64,000 nucleotides of DNA from Lama glama (lineage: Eukaryota), in contig CM052817.1 of assembly GCA_028534125.1 (NCBI GenBank), positions 95,420,001-95,484,000 on the forward strand. The letters are read 5' to 3'. The notes beneath the pieces were generated by a model that ran no database searches, was not told the DNA's origin, and worked only from the letters and a program-made list of their open reading frames with translations. The position numbers and the translations under genes were made by a program. Shown here piece after piece: positions 40,516 through 52,158 of the stretch; the stretch's first letter is position 1; each line of letters starts with the position of its first letter.

Positions 40516-40720
40516 TGTAATGAGGTTTTGGATATGTCAGCTTGTCTAGGCTAGGGTCCCGGTATTTCAGCTCTAATCTAGGCGTTTGCTGTGAAGGGAT
40601 TTTGAAGATATAATTAAAGTCCCCAGTCAGTTGATTCTAACTACAGGAGATTAAAGGGAAAGGGGGCTTGCTGACCAAGTCTGAGAGACAGGTGAAGGTT
40701 TCTGTGAGGAACTGACTCAC
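40516..40720 (+). mobile_element. MLT2-like (ERVL) LTR 5' fragment
   Basis: tgtaatg...atgtcagcttgtctaggcta...ctaatctaggcgtttgctgtgaagggattttgaagat...tcagttgattctaa...ggagatta. Confidence 0.7.
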
Positions 40721-41159
40721 AAGTAGCGTAAGTTTCAATAAATGCTGTTGTATATTTTATAAACATATATAAATAATATTAATATGTATATCATTATTGC
40801 ATATATAGATTTCATCAAACATACATCATATGAGAGATGATAGAGAAGAAGTGCTGGTCGGGAGACGTGGAGGCCGGGGGCCTTTTGTGTCAGCTTTGCC
40901 AACAGATGGCCGTATGGCCTCGGGCAGCTCAACCTAGCTTCCCTGGCGGGAGTTTTTCATCTGTACAGTGAAGGAGGTGGATGAACTGTAAGGTCATTTC
41001 CAGATCTAAAAGTCTCTCACAGTTTGTGTCTTTTCATTAAAAGTCTTGTCTCTCTTCAGTGCCTTGACTTGAGAAATATTTCTGCTCTGGTCATGTGTAT
41101 TTATTTTCTTATCCTAAGAAAGGATTACTTATTCAAGAAATATTTGGGGGTACTTATTC

Positions 41160-41181
41160 TGTGTGTGTGTGTGTGTGTGTG
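41160..41181. repeat. (TG)n microsatellite
   Basis: Perfect dinucleotide run. Confidence 0.95.
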
Positions 41182-43271
41182 GAGAGAGAGGAAAGAGAAA
41201 AGGGAAGTGAACCAAGAACATGAGCGTAAGGTGGGTCATTTTAAGTGAAAATACAAATATATTTCTATGTTGACAAATACAAATTTTCATGTTTCCAGGA
41301 GATGTGTTGACTGAAGAACAGGGTTTCACGCAACAGTTACTTTTGGAGCATTGATTAAGTATTCCTTTGGGACTTTTTCATTTGGGGCTTTTTAAATGAA
41401 TCCTGGCTTCATTTTAAATTGTGAAGATTTCTAAAATGTTAGCATGAACAACTGCTCTGGAAACTGTATGGAAGTTTGTGTGTGCACAAAAATCTATTTT
41501 CTAAGTCCATAGACATACCCTTGGGCATGGCCAGAGGGATTTGGAACATTGAAAGGGGAAAGTTATATGTGATGAATAAACCAGAATAGATTTTAGAATT
41601 AAGCTGGCTCTGTTTCTTGAAGTGTGTGAATTTTAATCCTTTGTCCACTAGGTTGTGCTTATTCTTACAGGTGATTAGAAATGCCTGTGGTTTAGGAACA
41701 GTACTATCTCCAGGTGAATCAATTGCCCATATATTTTAACCTTAAAGATATAACTTCCATTTTAAGTTTAATTTAATTTCAAGGTATCCTTGATTATGTT
41801 CATAATTTTACTGTTTCTCAACATTTTACATCAACTGTATTTCAATTAAAAAGCAACCAACCAACCAACCCATTTACAATACGGACAGAAAAACTGAATA
41901 GACATTCTTCCGAAAGGAGAAATGCAGATGGCCAACAGGAAGATGAATTTCTACTTGTGCGTAAACCCTCTCAACTTCAGAGCTTCTAGGTGGTGGCCAG
42001 CTTGGTCCTTAAATTTGAGGGAACTTGTTATGTCACCAGCAGAGCGGTTCCTCTCCTGGGGACAGAATGGGAACTCAGGTGTGGTTTAGCTACACTCACA
42101 GGAAATGTTGCTCTTCCATGACTTCTTCGGGTGGTATTGAGGCAGAGAAAAGAGGAGACGTAGCTGACAAGATGAGGAGGAGCCTCGCTGGGATCACTGA
42201 AAAAAGCCAAGAGAGAAACGGCCCCCTTTCACGGACACATTCTTTCCTTCCTGAAAAACAGTGCTTTGCCAGCAGATCGCAGCCCTCCATCCCTTTTGAT
42301 CTCCGAGGGCCTTTGAAATCTGAACATGGTTATAAATAGGCTTTGGGTGGCACATGGAAATACTTAGGTGGCATCAGCTTTGGAAAAATGCTGGTGTTCC
42401 CTACAGATTTCAATTCAAAAGCCAAATTCCCTTCCTGGAAGAGGCTTTGTCTTTTCCCTTTTCCTATATTGAACTTCATGTTTCAGTCGCTAACCACCAT
42501 TTACAGTCCCAAGTGCACAGCCAGAAGACAATCAGTGCACGAATAAATACACTGAGCTCCTCCCAGGGTTCTCTAGCAATCATAGTCATTTTTCAGGATT
42601 TATCTAAGAACTATAGCACAGGCAGAAACGGCAGCACACATAAACTTGGTCAGCTGTGGCTACATCTAAATAGTCAAAATGCAGCTGCAGAGGGATTAGG
42701 AAAGGCAGGGCAAATCCTTTCTTCCTAATTGCCTTAAAGTACGACGCAGAAGAGATAAAACAAATGAAGGCATTTATGTATTTCCTGAGCCTACAAAGTC
42801 TGTGCCAATCGTTCAGGAATGCATTTTAGTATCATATATATATTTCTAAAGATGGAATTTTTAGCCATTAAAAATTATACTGTAGATGAATATTTATCGG
42901 AATGGGGAGAAGTTTGTGGTAGACCAGTAATTTAAAACTCAGATTTTTAAAAAATGTGTATAGAATGGTCTCTTTGTAGTAAATTAATGTGTATACATTC
43001 ATAATAATAAAAATGCTGCATTGATGGGTGTCTTATTGACTCTTTTTGCTGATCTGTGTTTTATAATTTTTCTTCAGTAAGATTGCATTGCTTTTTCTAA
43101 AAAGAAAAAAACAAGGTATGTTCCTTTAAAAATAAGGCATAATAAAAAGTGTTAAGATCATTTGAGAGCAACTAAGATACTGACATAACCTGTAGTGGTC
43201 ACACAAGACATGAGTGAGAAAAAGAAATGAAACAGGAGTAAAGAAATAACAATAGAAATGATTCCCTTAAT

Positions 43272-43428
43272 ACTGACACCCATTCCAATATGTGGGTTTG
43301 GCCCCCACCACCAAGCAATTCTCGGACACTAGCTGGGTGCAATATGATTTAACTCAATTCTGACACTATCTACCGGGAATCCCACAGGTTAAAGGCTCAG
43401 TCTGGGTCTCAAGACTGCCCCTCACCCC

Positions 43429-43465
<37 letters not shown>

Positions 43466-44376
43466 TCACAAGTTGAGGTTGTGCCCTGTGGCTTCTGTTC
43501 CACCAGCTACAGATTAGAGATTCCAACCACCCCCTCCTAGGGGCCAATTAATTTGCTAGAGCAAGTGACAGCACTCAGAGAAGCATTTTACTTACTATAT
43601 TACTGGTCCGTTATAAAAAGGTATCACAGGACCCACCAGCTGGAAGAGATACAGAGGCAAGGAAGGGAGAAAGGGCACGGAGCTCCAAGCCCTCCGAGAG
43701 CGCCATATGCTCAGCAACAAGCAAACTCCCTGAACCCTGTCATTTTTGGTTTTGGGGCGGCCTCATTGCACAAGCCATGGTGGGTTAAATCAGTGGCCAC
43801 TGACAACTGAGGGAACCTCCAGCCCCTCTCCCCTAGCCAGAAATCAAGAGATGGGACTAGGAGAATGAAATACTGTTGCGGCGACGTGGATGCACCCAGA
43901 GAATATTATGCTAGGTGAAATCAGTTGAAGACAAACACTATCTGATGTCACTTACATGTGGAATCTAAAAAATAAAATACAAATAAATGCATACACAGAA
44001 CAGAAGAGACTCATGGCCATAGAAAACAAATTTGTAGTTACCAAAAGGGGAGAGGGAAGAGGGGAGGGACAAATTAGGGCTTTGGGATTAACAGATAAAA
44101 ACACTAGGTATGAAACAGATAGGCAACAAGGATATACTGCACAGCACAGGGAACTATACCCATTACTTCGTAACAACCAGTAATGGAATATAATCTGCCA
44201 AAATACTGAATTGCTATACTGTATACCTGAAACTAACACAATAGTGTAAATCAACTATATTTCAGTTTTTAAAAAAGACACCTTTATCATTCATATCACT
44301 TAGAACATACAAAGGGTTTTAAGAGCTCTGGGCCAGAAATGGAGAGGAAAACAAAATATATATTTCACAGTATTAC
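43272..44376. mobile_element. MER21-like ERV LTR split by an L1 insertion; contains (CA)n at ~43430-43462
   Basis: caattctcggacactagctgggtg...caattctgacactatctacc...cccacaggttaaaggctcagtc; resumes after the L1 with aaagacacctttatca...aagggttttaagagctctgggccagaa...aaatatatatttc. Confidence 0.75.
43861..44275 (+). mobile_element. Young L1 3' end inserted in the MER21-like LTR
   Basis: gaatgaaatactg...gtcacttacatgtggaatctaaaaaat...cagcacagggaactata...aaatcaactatatttcag. Confidence 0.9.
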
Positions 44377-44389
44377 AACTCCTTAGGGC

Positions 44390-44880
44390 CAACCTTCCTA
44401 AAGTGTGCTCCCCAGAACACACATCCCACAAAATGCCCTGCGAAAAATATAAAGGAGATTGGTTGCCTTTAAGACCTATCACAACGTTAGCAACAGTTAA
44501 GAAAGGACTAACCCGGAGCGGGAGGGTACTGGGTGTGAGACAGGCTCGAGGCTGCATTGTTCAACATGGGGAATATAGCCCATGTTTTGTAATAAGCGTA
44601 AATGGAAAGTAACTTTTAAAAGCTGTATAAAAAATAGTACACCAGAAATGAACACAACACTGTAAATCAACTATACTTCAATTAAAATTTTTAATGTATA
44701 AAAAATAAAAACAAAACAAAACTATAAAATAAAAAGAGACTAACCCTTTTGTTGATTCAGAATGCACTCTGGAAAGTTCTGCAGTGGAGAAACCTGTGGC
44801 AGCAGTTACTTATGTGACTGCAGATACCTTTTCTCACGGAATACCGATCAGCATTCCACGGCCCACTTTCGGAAGGACTA
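44390..44880. mobile_element. MER103C-like hAT MITE split by an L1 tail
   Basis: Left end caaccttcctaaagtgtgctccccagaacac, internal ctctggaaagttctgcagtggagaaacctgt, right end ttccacggcccactttcggaaggacta (decayed TIR). Confidence 0.6.
44515..44737 (+). mobile_element. L1 3' end of a different subfamily, with a 58-bp L1 tail nested inside (44637-44694)
   Basis: Outer TSD GACTAACCC at 44506-44514 and 44738-44746; inner TSD TGTATAAAAAATA at 44624-44636 and 44695-44707. Confidence 0.85.
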
Positions 44881-45369
44881 TCTTCCAGTGAAGTCCAAGG
44901 AGATGCTCTTCTTAAGTCCCAAAGGCCTGTCGTTTTGATGACTGCAATTGCCTAAAGGAGAAGTTCCACAGCCAAAGGCTTTCAGTCCAGTATGCCTAGG
45001 GAGCTCCGGTGCCAAAGAGACCCAGAACTGTCAAACAGACCGCCGCCAGTGTGCTTCCATTCCCTGACCCTGGACAGGACTCTCTTCGGTGGAAAGGAAA
45101 CCGAACGTTCAATGTCCCTCTGGACTTGAGAGGAAAGAGGATTCTCCACAGCAAACTTCCAGAAGCTCCATCCGTCACCTCCTGGCCTTCATTCTCCAAG
45201 GGCTCCTCTTGGCCTTTGCCAATCAGCTCTCACTTCTTTTATTCTGTAAAACTGATGTTTCAAAAGGCTCTAAAAGAGAATTTCTAGAGCTGGCTTCAGG
45301 TCCATAGGCCACACAAGACTAACCATGTGGGGTGTGCTGAAATTTATTTTTACTAGTTTTAAAATAATA

Positions 45370-45424
<55 letters not shown>

Positions 45425-45426
45425 AT
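45370..45426. repeat. (TAAA)n tetranucleotide microsatellite
   Basis: About 14 perfect units. Confidence 0.97.
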
Positions 45427-45435
45427 TTTAAAACA

Positions 45436-45768
45436 TAATTTTTTACCGTGGTAAAATATACATAACAAATTAACCATTTTTAAGCGTACAGTTCAGTGGT
45501 ATTAAGTACATTCTCATTGTTAGGCAACCATCACCACCATCCATTTCTAGAACTTTTCCATCACCCCAAACAGAAACTCTGTACCCACTAAACACTAACT
45601 CCCCACTGCCTTCGCCCGACCCCCGCGTCCCTGGTAACTTCTGTTTTACTTTCTCTCTCTATGAATTCCATAAGTCCAGGTGCTTCATATGAGTGGAATC
45701 ACACAATATTTGTCCTTTTGTGTCTGGCTTATTCCACTTAGCATAATGTTTTCAAGGTTCATCCAAAA
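45436..45768 (-). mobile_element. L1MB/L1MC-like 3' end
   Basis: gtggtaaaatatacataac...taagcgtacagttcagtggtattaagtacattc...gtggaatcacacaatatttgtccttttgtgtctggctt. Confidence 0.85.
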
Positions 45769-46309
45769 CTGAATAGTTTTCAATGAGTAATAATTATTAT
45801 TTCATATTAGTGAAAAGGATGATACTGCTTGTAATGTTTCACCAAGGTTTCTGTAACTTTCTAAAAGACAGAGCGCTTGAGGCATAGGTTAGTGCCCACA
45901 TTCAAGCATGTTTTTTTCTTACTCTATTTCTCCGGAAATAGAAGGTCCTAACCATAATTATTGATCATCAGAATCGGCAACATTGTTCAGGACCTCTGTC
46001 TGATATTTCTAAACCTAAAGTATGTTCTGATTTTTCTCGCAGCAGTAAGTCAGTAAGATTTAAAAAAAAAAAATTCTTCATATCTTGAATGTTCTCTGTT
46101 TCAACCTCAGAGATGATGGTAAGTGGAGTTCAACTCCACTTTGATTTCATTTCACTGTAGAAAGTATTTCTCTGGGTTTGGGGACAGCATCTGAATTCCT
46201 TTCTTTCGTTTATCTTATTTTTGAGGATATGACACATAAGCACATCCCGTAATGTCTTGGATTTCGCCAATGAATGAAAAATCATGTGTTAAAATCAAAC
46301 TTGATTAAG

Positions 46310-47480
46310 ATATTTATACCATACTTTGGTCTTCTTAAGAAATCCTGACAGCCACAACATTTAAAATGATAACATTTACACACTGACGTGATAGACTGAG
46401 GCTATTAAACAATAGAATATATCATTGAAATATGCTACTTGAAAAAAACTACTTAAAAAAGTATATATCCTTACTAGTGTCATGAAGAAATGCTTTTATC
46501 TCATCCCTGATTTTAAAAGCTTGTTTAAACATTTTCATCTCAGTAAACAGTTTACTTCCGTGTGAAAAAGATGACTTGTACTTACTGCCAATTTCTTCAC
46601 AAAGCTTGCTCATAAGATAAACACTCAGTGACCACAGTTTAAATGTATTAACCACATTCACCAACTATGTTCTGGGTTCAGATGAAGCCAGGGAGAAGGG
46701 GACACCCATTTTATCCAAATAAGTCAACACTTCCTCATTGAATTCATAACCGGTGCTGGCAGTGTCTTTCCAGCCTGTATCATGATGCACAAAATAATTG
46801 CCAACTACATGAAAAATCTCCTGTAGCATGGGGTGGGGCAGTGAACTAAACAGCAGGTCACTGAGCACTTCCCTTTCATATATTTCTGCATATTTCTGCC
46901 AAGCGTTGATTGATACTCTGCACGTCTGTGATTCCTTCCAAATATAAGCCCAGTATCTGGCAGCATGCACTCATGCTAGGCATGGCCCTTCTGTGCTGAA
47001 TGCCATTGATGTCACATGCTGTTCAACGGTCCCCTCGGATTAGGAAATTCCCAGGAGCTAATTAAAGTTTCTTCCTGAGCATGGTAATGATCATTAGCCT
47101 CATAGCTGGATTTATAAACTTTTTAGCAATATGTGACTTCCATATTTGTTTTTTTGTTTGTTTGTTGGGTTTGGGTTTTTTTTGAGGGGTGGTAGGTACA
47201 ACTTTGATTAATGTTTCTTTAGTTTTGGTCTCTTCTCCACCTTTAAATGACACAATGTATCAATTTCATATTAGAAAGCATGATTTTGTGCTTGTTCAGG
47301 AAAAACTCGATTGGTTTATCAGAAAGGTCACGGTCCCTTGAAAGCAATGCAAAAGCCTCGGTGGCTTCTTGCCATTCTTTAACGAAGTTTGGTAACAGAC
47401 AATGCAATAGAAACTAGAGGCAAATTGATTGCTGGTCTGATAAAATCCAATTTTCACGTATTCATCAAGATTCACTCGTT
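46310..47480 (-). mobile_element. Fossil hAT transposase of the Charlie/Buster group (frameshifted, non-coding)
   Basis: Collinear minus-strand peptide relics: DEYVKIGF...CIVCYQ...KPPRLLH (BED-like finger); SHIAKKFINPAMRLM; SEGTVEQHVTSMA; SDLLFS...QEIFHVVGNYF; VNVVNTFKLWSLSVYLMSKLCEEIGSKYKS...FKIRDEIKAFL; VAYFNDIF/NSLSLSRQ; GFLKKTKVW. Same order as motifs in Buster/ZBED5-type transposases. Confidence 0.8.
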
Positions 47481-47580
47481 CTAACATATATAGCCTCACA
47501 ATATTTACATTGGACTCCGGTTCATTGTTTACATCTACAGTGTTGTTCTATTTACATGACCATTTTCATCACTACTTGAT

Positions 47581-47875
47581 TTTTATTTTTTTTAATTGAT
47601 GTAGAGTCAGTTTCCAATGTTGTATCAATTTCTGGTGTGTAGCATAATGCTTCAGTCATACATATACATACATAAATTCATTTTCATATTCTTTTCAGTA
47701 TAGTTTACTACAGGATATTGAATATAGTTCCCAGCGGTATACAGTATAAACATGTTGTTTATCAAATTTACACACAGTAGTTAATATCTGCAAATCTGGA
47801 AAGCCCAATGTATCCCCTCCCTCTCCTGCTGTTTTTATTGAAGTATAGTCCGTGTACAATGTTGTGCCAATTTCT
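47581..47875 (-). mobile_element. Young L1 3' end, plus a second ~45-bp L1 tail at ~47832-47874
   Basis: tttaattgatgtagagtcagtttccaatgttgtatcaatttctggtgt...gaatatagttccc...tatctgcaaatct, then tttttattgaagtatagtccgtgtacaatgttgtg. Confidence 0.85.
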
Positions 47876-48679
47876 TCCATCCCTACTCTTATACTTACTT
47901 AACTACTTCTAAGCACTTGATTTATTTTTATGAATTGCCTATCATAACACATAATAAAAATGTAAAATTAGATATAAATAGCATTTAAATATATAAGATT
48001 TAACAGTCAAAGGAACAGTGCACTGAATATTAGTTGGGATGAACACAGTTTAGGAATATAGCAATTATTAAGCATGCAACTAGATTCCTAACCAAATGAT
48101 AAATTAATCTTAACTTTCAAATTTACAAAATGAATGTCAACTAAGTTGTGTCCTTGCTCTTTCCTTCTACAGATAGCCTGGGAACACTGACAAACCACGG
48201 TCTGCCTGTGAGCAGCAATTCCCTATGGGTGGGATTTTGGGGTGTTGGGTTGGCTGGCTGCCCTCCAGAACAGCTCATCCTCCAACTAGCCTGATATCCA
48301 AAAGCCCCAAGTCATATTATTCCTCCTATGAGCTTATAAATCTGGCTTATAGATCTGGCTTATAAACGTCAAGGTGACTTTTATTAAACATTGTGAAGCC
48401 CGTAGCATAAAGGTAGGCTATTGAAACTGGCTCTATATGAAACGAACAGACTGTTCTAGGCTCTGGAGTACAGTTGTGAATAAGACAAATAAGATTTCTG
48501 TTCCCATGCAGCTTCCGTTTAGAGTTGAGATGTTCCTCGGAATACAAAAAGAGAAAAATACAGCCACACTCTGGAGTAAACTACTAAAAAAGCTTATTTC
48601 GTCAAAAGCATCATTTTGTCATGTGATATGGATATAAATCTCTCTCTCTCTCTATATATATATATATGTATTTACAAAG

Positions 48680-49200
48680 AAATATTATTCAGTCTTAAAA
48701 AAAAAAGAAGGAAATCTTGTCACCTGTAAATTTGTAACAATATGGATGAACATGGAGGGCGTTATGCGAAGAGAAGCAAGCCGGTCACAGAAACACAAAC
48801 ACTGCATGATGTCACTTACATGTGGACTCCAAAAAAGGGAAACTCACAGAAGCACAGAGTAGAATACTGGGTGCCGCGGTGCTGGGGAGAGTGATGGAGA
48901 GACGCTGGTAAAGCATTTAAGTTCAGTTATGCAGGATGAATAAGTTCCAGAAGTCTAATGGTCAGCATGGTGTCTATAGTTAGTATAATATATATAAAAT
49001 ATATAATAATGTGCAGTTTTCTAAAAGAGTAGATCTTAAGCATTTATACACACACATACATATGATAGCTATGTGAGGTGGTAGACATGTTAATTAGCTT
49101 GAATGTCATAATCATTTCACAATGTATCAGAATAACATGTACACTTTAAATATATACAACTTTTATTTGTCAATTATACTTCAGTAAAGCTAGGGAAAAT
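48680..49200 (+). mobile_element. L1MA-like 3' end
   Basis: gaaatattattcagtcttaaaaa...atggatgaacatggagggcgttatgc...gagtagatcttaag...ttttatttgtcaattatacttcagtaaagct. Confidence 0.85.
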
Positions 49201-50621
49201 TTAAATTGAATTCAATTAAAATGAAATAAAACATTCAGCCCCTTAAAAATAAAAAGCACCATTTCATCAATAACACAAGATCACCATGGGGATAAGAGGT
49301 ACACCCTTGCCCGACAGCACCTGACTGTAATCTGACTAAATGTTTAATCATGTGTATATCAAAACTGCTGATTAGTGATGCAGAAAATAAAACCCCCAAC
49401 ATGGAGCTGCTGTTATAGACTGACAACACCAGGCATGAATATGTTACTCCTTTCTGATGAAAATTTGGACTCAAATGGAAATTTGCCTGTGGAGAGAATT
49501 ATTGACAAGTATATGTTATATTTTTATAACCAATCAATAAATTGGCATTCTGGTTATACACATTAGTCTCCAGGCATGTGTGTAACATGAGAGATTACAA
49601 ATCAAGGCTTCAAGGCCGAGGGCTGGCTCTGGAGGGCATGCAAAGCATCAACCCAGATGATACCCCAGTACCTACCCGTCAGGGTGGCCCCAGGCTTTGT
49701 CCGTGAGCCTACCGGCTTAAGAGCAAGTTCTCTTCCCACCCAGCAACTTGCATTAATTAGTAATCATGAGATATTTGGAAAGTACTTCATAAACTATCCC
49801 TAGGGAGAAACTAACAGTTTAAGATGTAGGGTAGGAAATAGTTATTTCAAGGTTTATAATGAACCATTTTCAGCAAAACTGGTTGATATTCTAAAGAACT
49901 GTCAAAACAGACTAGAAAATGAAGGAGCAATTGAACCCACAACATTTGGTCCTTTTGTAAGTGTAGTTGCCTGTACTATTAATAGGAAGACAGGCTAACA
50001 CAGCCAATGGAGTACGTTTAAGTAAATAAACAGGCATTTCTCATTTATTCCAACAAGTTGAAATAGTGCATAAGATCAAAAAAAAAAAGAAAAGAAAAGA
50101 AACATTCAGCAGTTCAGCCTTGTCTCCCTTTCTTGTGAAATTGGAAAGAAACAAAATAAACACATTTGGATGTGGTCTAAGTGGAACAAAGAATATTTAT
50201 AATAGACAGTCGAATATTAGTCATAAGACCAAAGCCACTCTTTCCAAGTTCAGCAGAAATATACACAGAATTTGATAAATATTGAATTATGCTTTGAGGC
50301 AAAACTGGTCATATTTTTTAATACAATCTGCTTTTTAAGAATTTCTCTCCTTCGACTTTGAAATAAAAGTAATTCACCAAATACAATTTAAAAAAGATAC
50401 TACATCAGATTGCTTTTCATCTCAGCTTAGGGAAGAGCTTTTGCTTGCTTTTATACCCTCACCTTTAGCAATTTTTTTCCTGAATGAGAGGGAAAAAACC
50501 CTGAACGCTTCCAGAGAAATGTAGTGAAAAACAGGCTGCCTGTAAAGTGAAGTGGTCACATCAGATATACCACATATATTACTGTTCAGTTCAGACAATG
50601 TGTTTAAAGACATTAAATTAG

Positions 50622-50777
50622 GGTGGAAAGTATAGCTCAGTGGTAGAGTGCGTGCCTAGCATACTTGAGGTCCTGGGTTCCATCCCCAGTGCCTCCATTA
50701 CTGGAAACAAATAAATAAATAAATAGACCTGATTACCTCCCCGAACCACCCCACCCTCGAAAAAAAAAAAAGGAAAA
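50622..50777 (+). mobile_element. Vic-1-like SINE (long-tail form)
   Basis: tatagctcagtggtagag...gaggtcctgggttccatccccagt...aataaataaatagacctgattacctcccc; TSD AAAGA(C/T)AT(T/C)AAATTAG at 50606-50621 and 50778-50793. Confidence 0.9.
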
Positions 50778-50956
50778 AAAGATATCAAATTAGATACGGT
50801 AATTATTTTGGAAATCAGATTTTTCATTTTATGGAGCTTTCTTTAAACTGGAGAATATGAAAACATCTGAAAACACTAACCAATTTTTCTAAACTTTGTC
50901 CCCTTAGGATCACTTGGTTGTAAGAGGGGTGGATGGTGAAGAATGGTCAATTTTAT

Positions 50957-51866
50957 TTTATTTTTTTTATTGAAGTATAGTTAATTTACAATGTTTCAGG
51001 TATACAGAAAAGTGATTCAGTTATACATAGCTATATAAATCTGTTCTTTATCAAATTCTTTTCCATTACAGATTATTGTAAGATACTGAATATAGTTCTC
51101 TGGCTCTACAATAGGACCTTCTGGTTATCTGTTTTACTTTTATTAATCCCAAACTCCTAATTTATCCCTCCCCTCCCCTTTCCCTTTTGGTAACCGTAAG
51201 TTTGTTTTCTATGTCTGTGAGTCTGTTTCTGTTTTGTAAATACACTCATTTGCATCTTTTTTTTTTTTTAGATTCCACATATAAGTGATATCATATAGTA
51301 TTTGTCTTTGTCTGTCTAACTTACTTCACTTAATATGATAATCTCTAGGTCCATCCATGTTGCTGTAAATGGCATTATTTAATTTTTTTTTATGGCTGAG
51401 CAGTATTCCACTGTGTATATATACCACATCTTCTTTATCCAGTCATCTGTGGATGGACATTTAGGTTGCTTCCATATCTTAGCTACTGTAAATAGCGCTG
51501 TTGTGAACATTGGGATGCATGTGATCTTTTCAAATTAGAGTTTTCACTGGAGATATGACCAGGAGTGGGATTGCTGGACCATATGGTAACTCTAGTTTTA
51601 GTTCTTAAAGAAACCTCCATACTGTTCTCCACAGTGGCTGCACCAATTTACATTCCCACCAACAAGTGTAGGAGGGTTCCCTTTCCTCCACACCCTCTCC
51701 AGCATTTATTATTTGCAGACTTTTTGATGATGGCCATTCTGACCGGTGTGAGGCGGTACCTCATTGTAGTTTTGATTTGCTTTTCTCTAATAATTAGTGG
51801 TGTTGAGTATCTTTCCAGGTGTCTGTTGGCCATCTGTATGTCTTCTTTGGAGAACTGTCTATTTGG
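50957..51866 (-). mobile_element. 5'-truncated L1 (ORF2 C-terminus plus 3' UTR)
   Basis: Minus-strand peptide [56 protein letters not shown] is the L1 ORF2 zinc-knuckle region; imperfect TSD AGAA(T/G)GGTCA(A/G)TTTTTA. Confidence 0.95.
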
Positions 51867-52037
51867 ATGAGAAGGGTCAGTTTTTAAATTACTGAAACCC
51901 GGTTTCCACCCCTGAGATTCTCACTCCCTAGTTGATTGTAATCTGCCATCAAAGTTAACAACTACTGTCCTAAAAAATAAAGTGTGGTAATGCAACCACC
52001 AAAATTCTAGAAATTCAAAACTCATTTAGGTTTAGGT

Positions 52038-52158
52038 TAGGTCGCCAGATAAAATAGAGGACGGTTAATTAAATTTGAATTTCAGATAAACAACAACTAC
52101 ACATCCAAAATACTACAAAAGCACCCTGTATTTTTATCTACTGAATATGGCAACACTA
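52038..52158. mobile_element. MER53-like hAT MITE with an internal deletion
   Basis: TIR-like ends TAGGTCGCCAGATAAAATA and TATGGCAACACTA; internal aattaaatttgaatttcagataaacaac; 8-bp TSD GTTTAGGT / ATTTAGGT. Confidence 0.8.
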
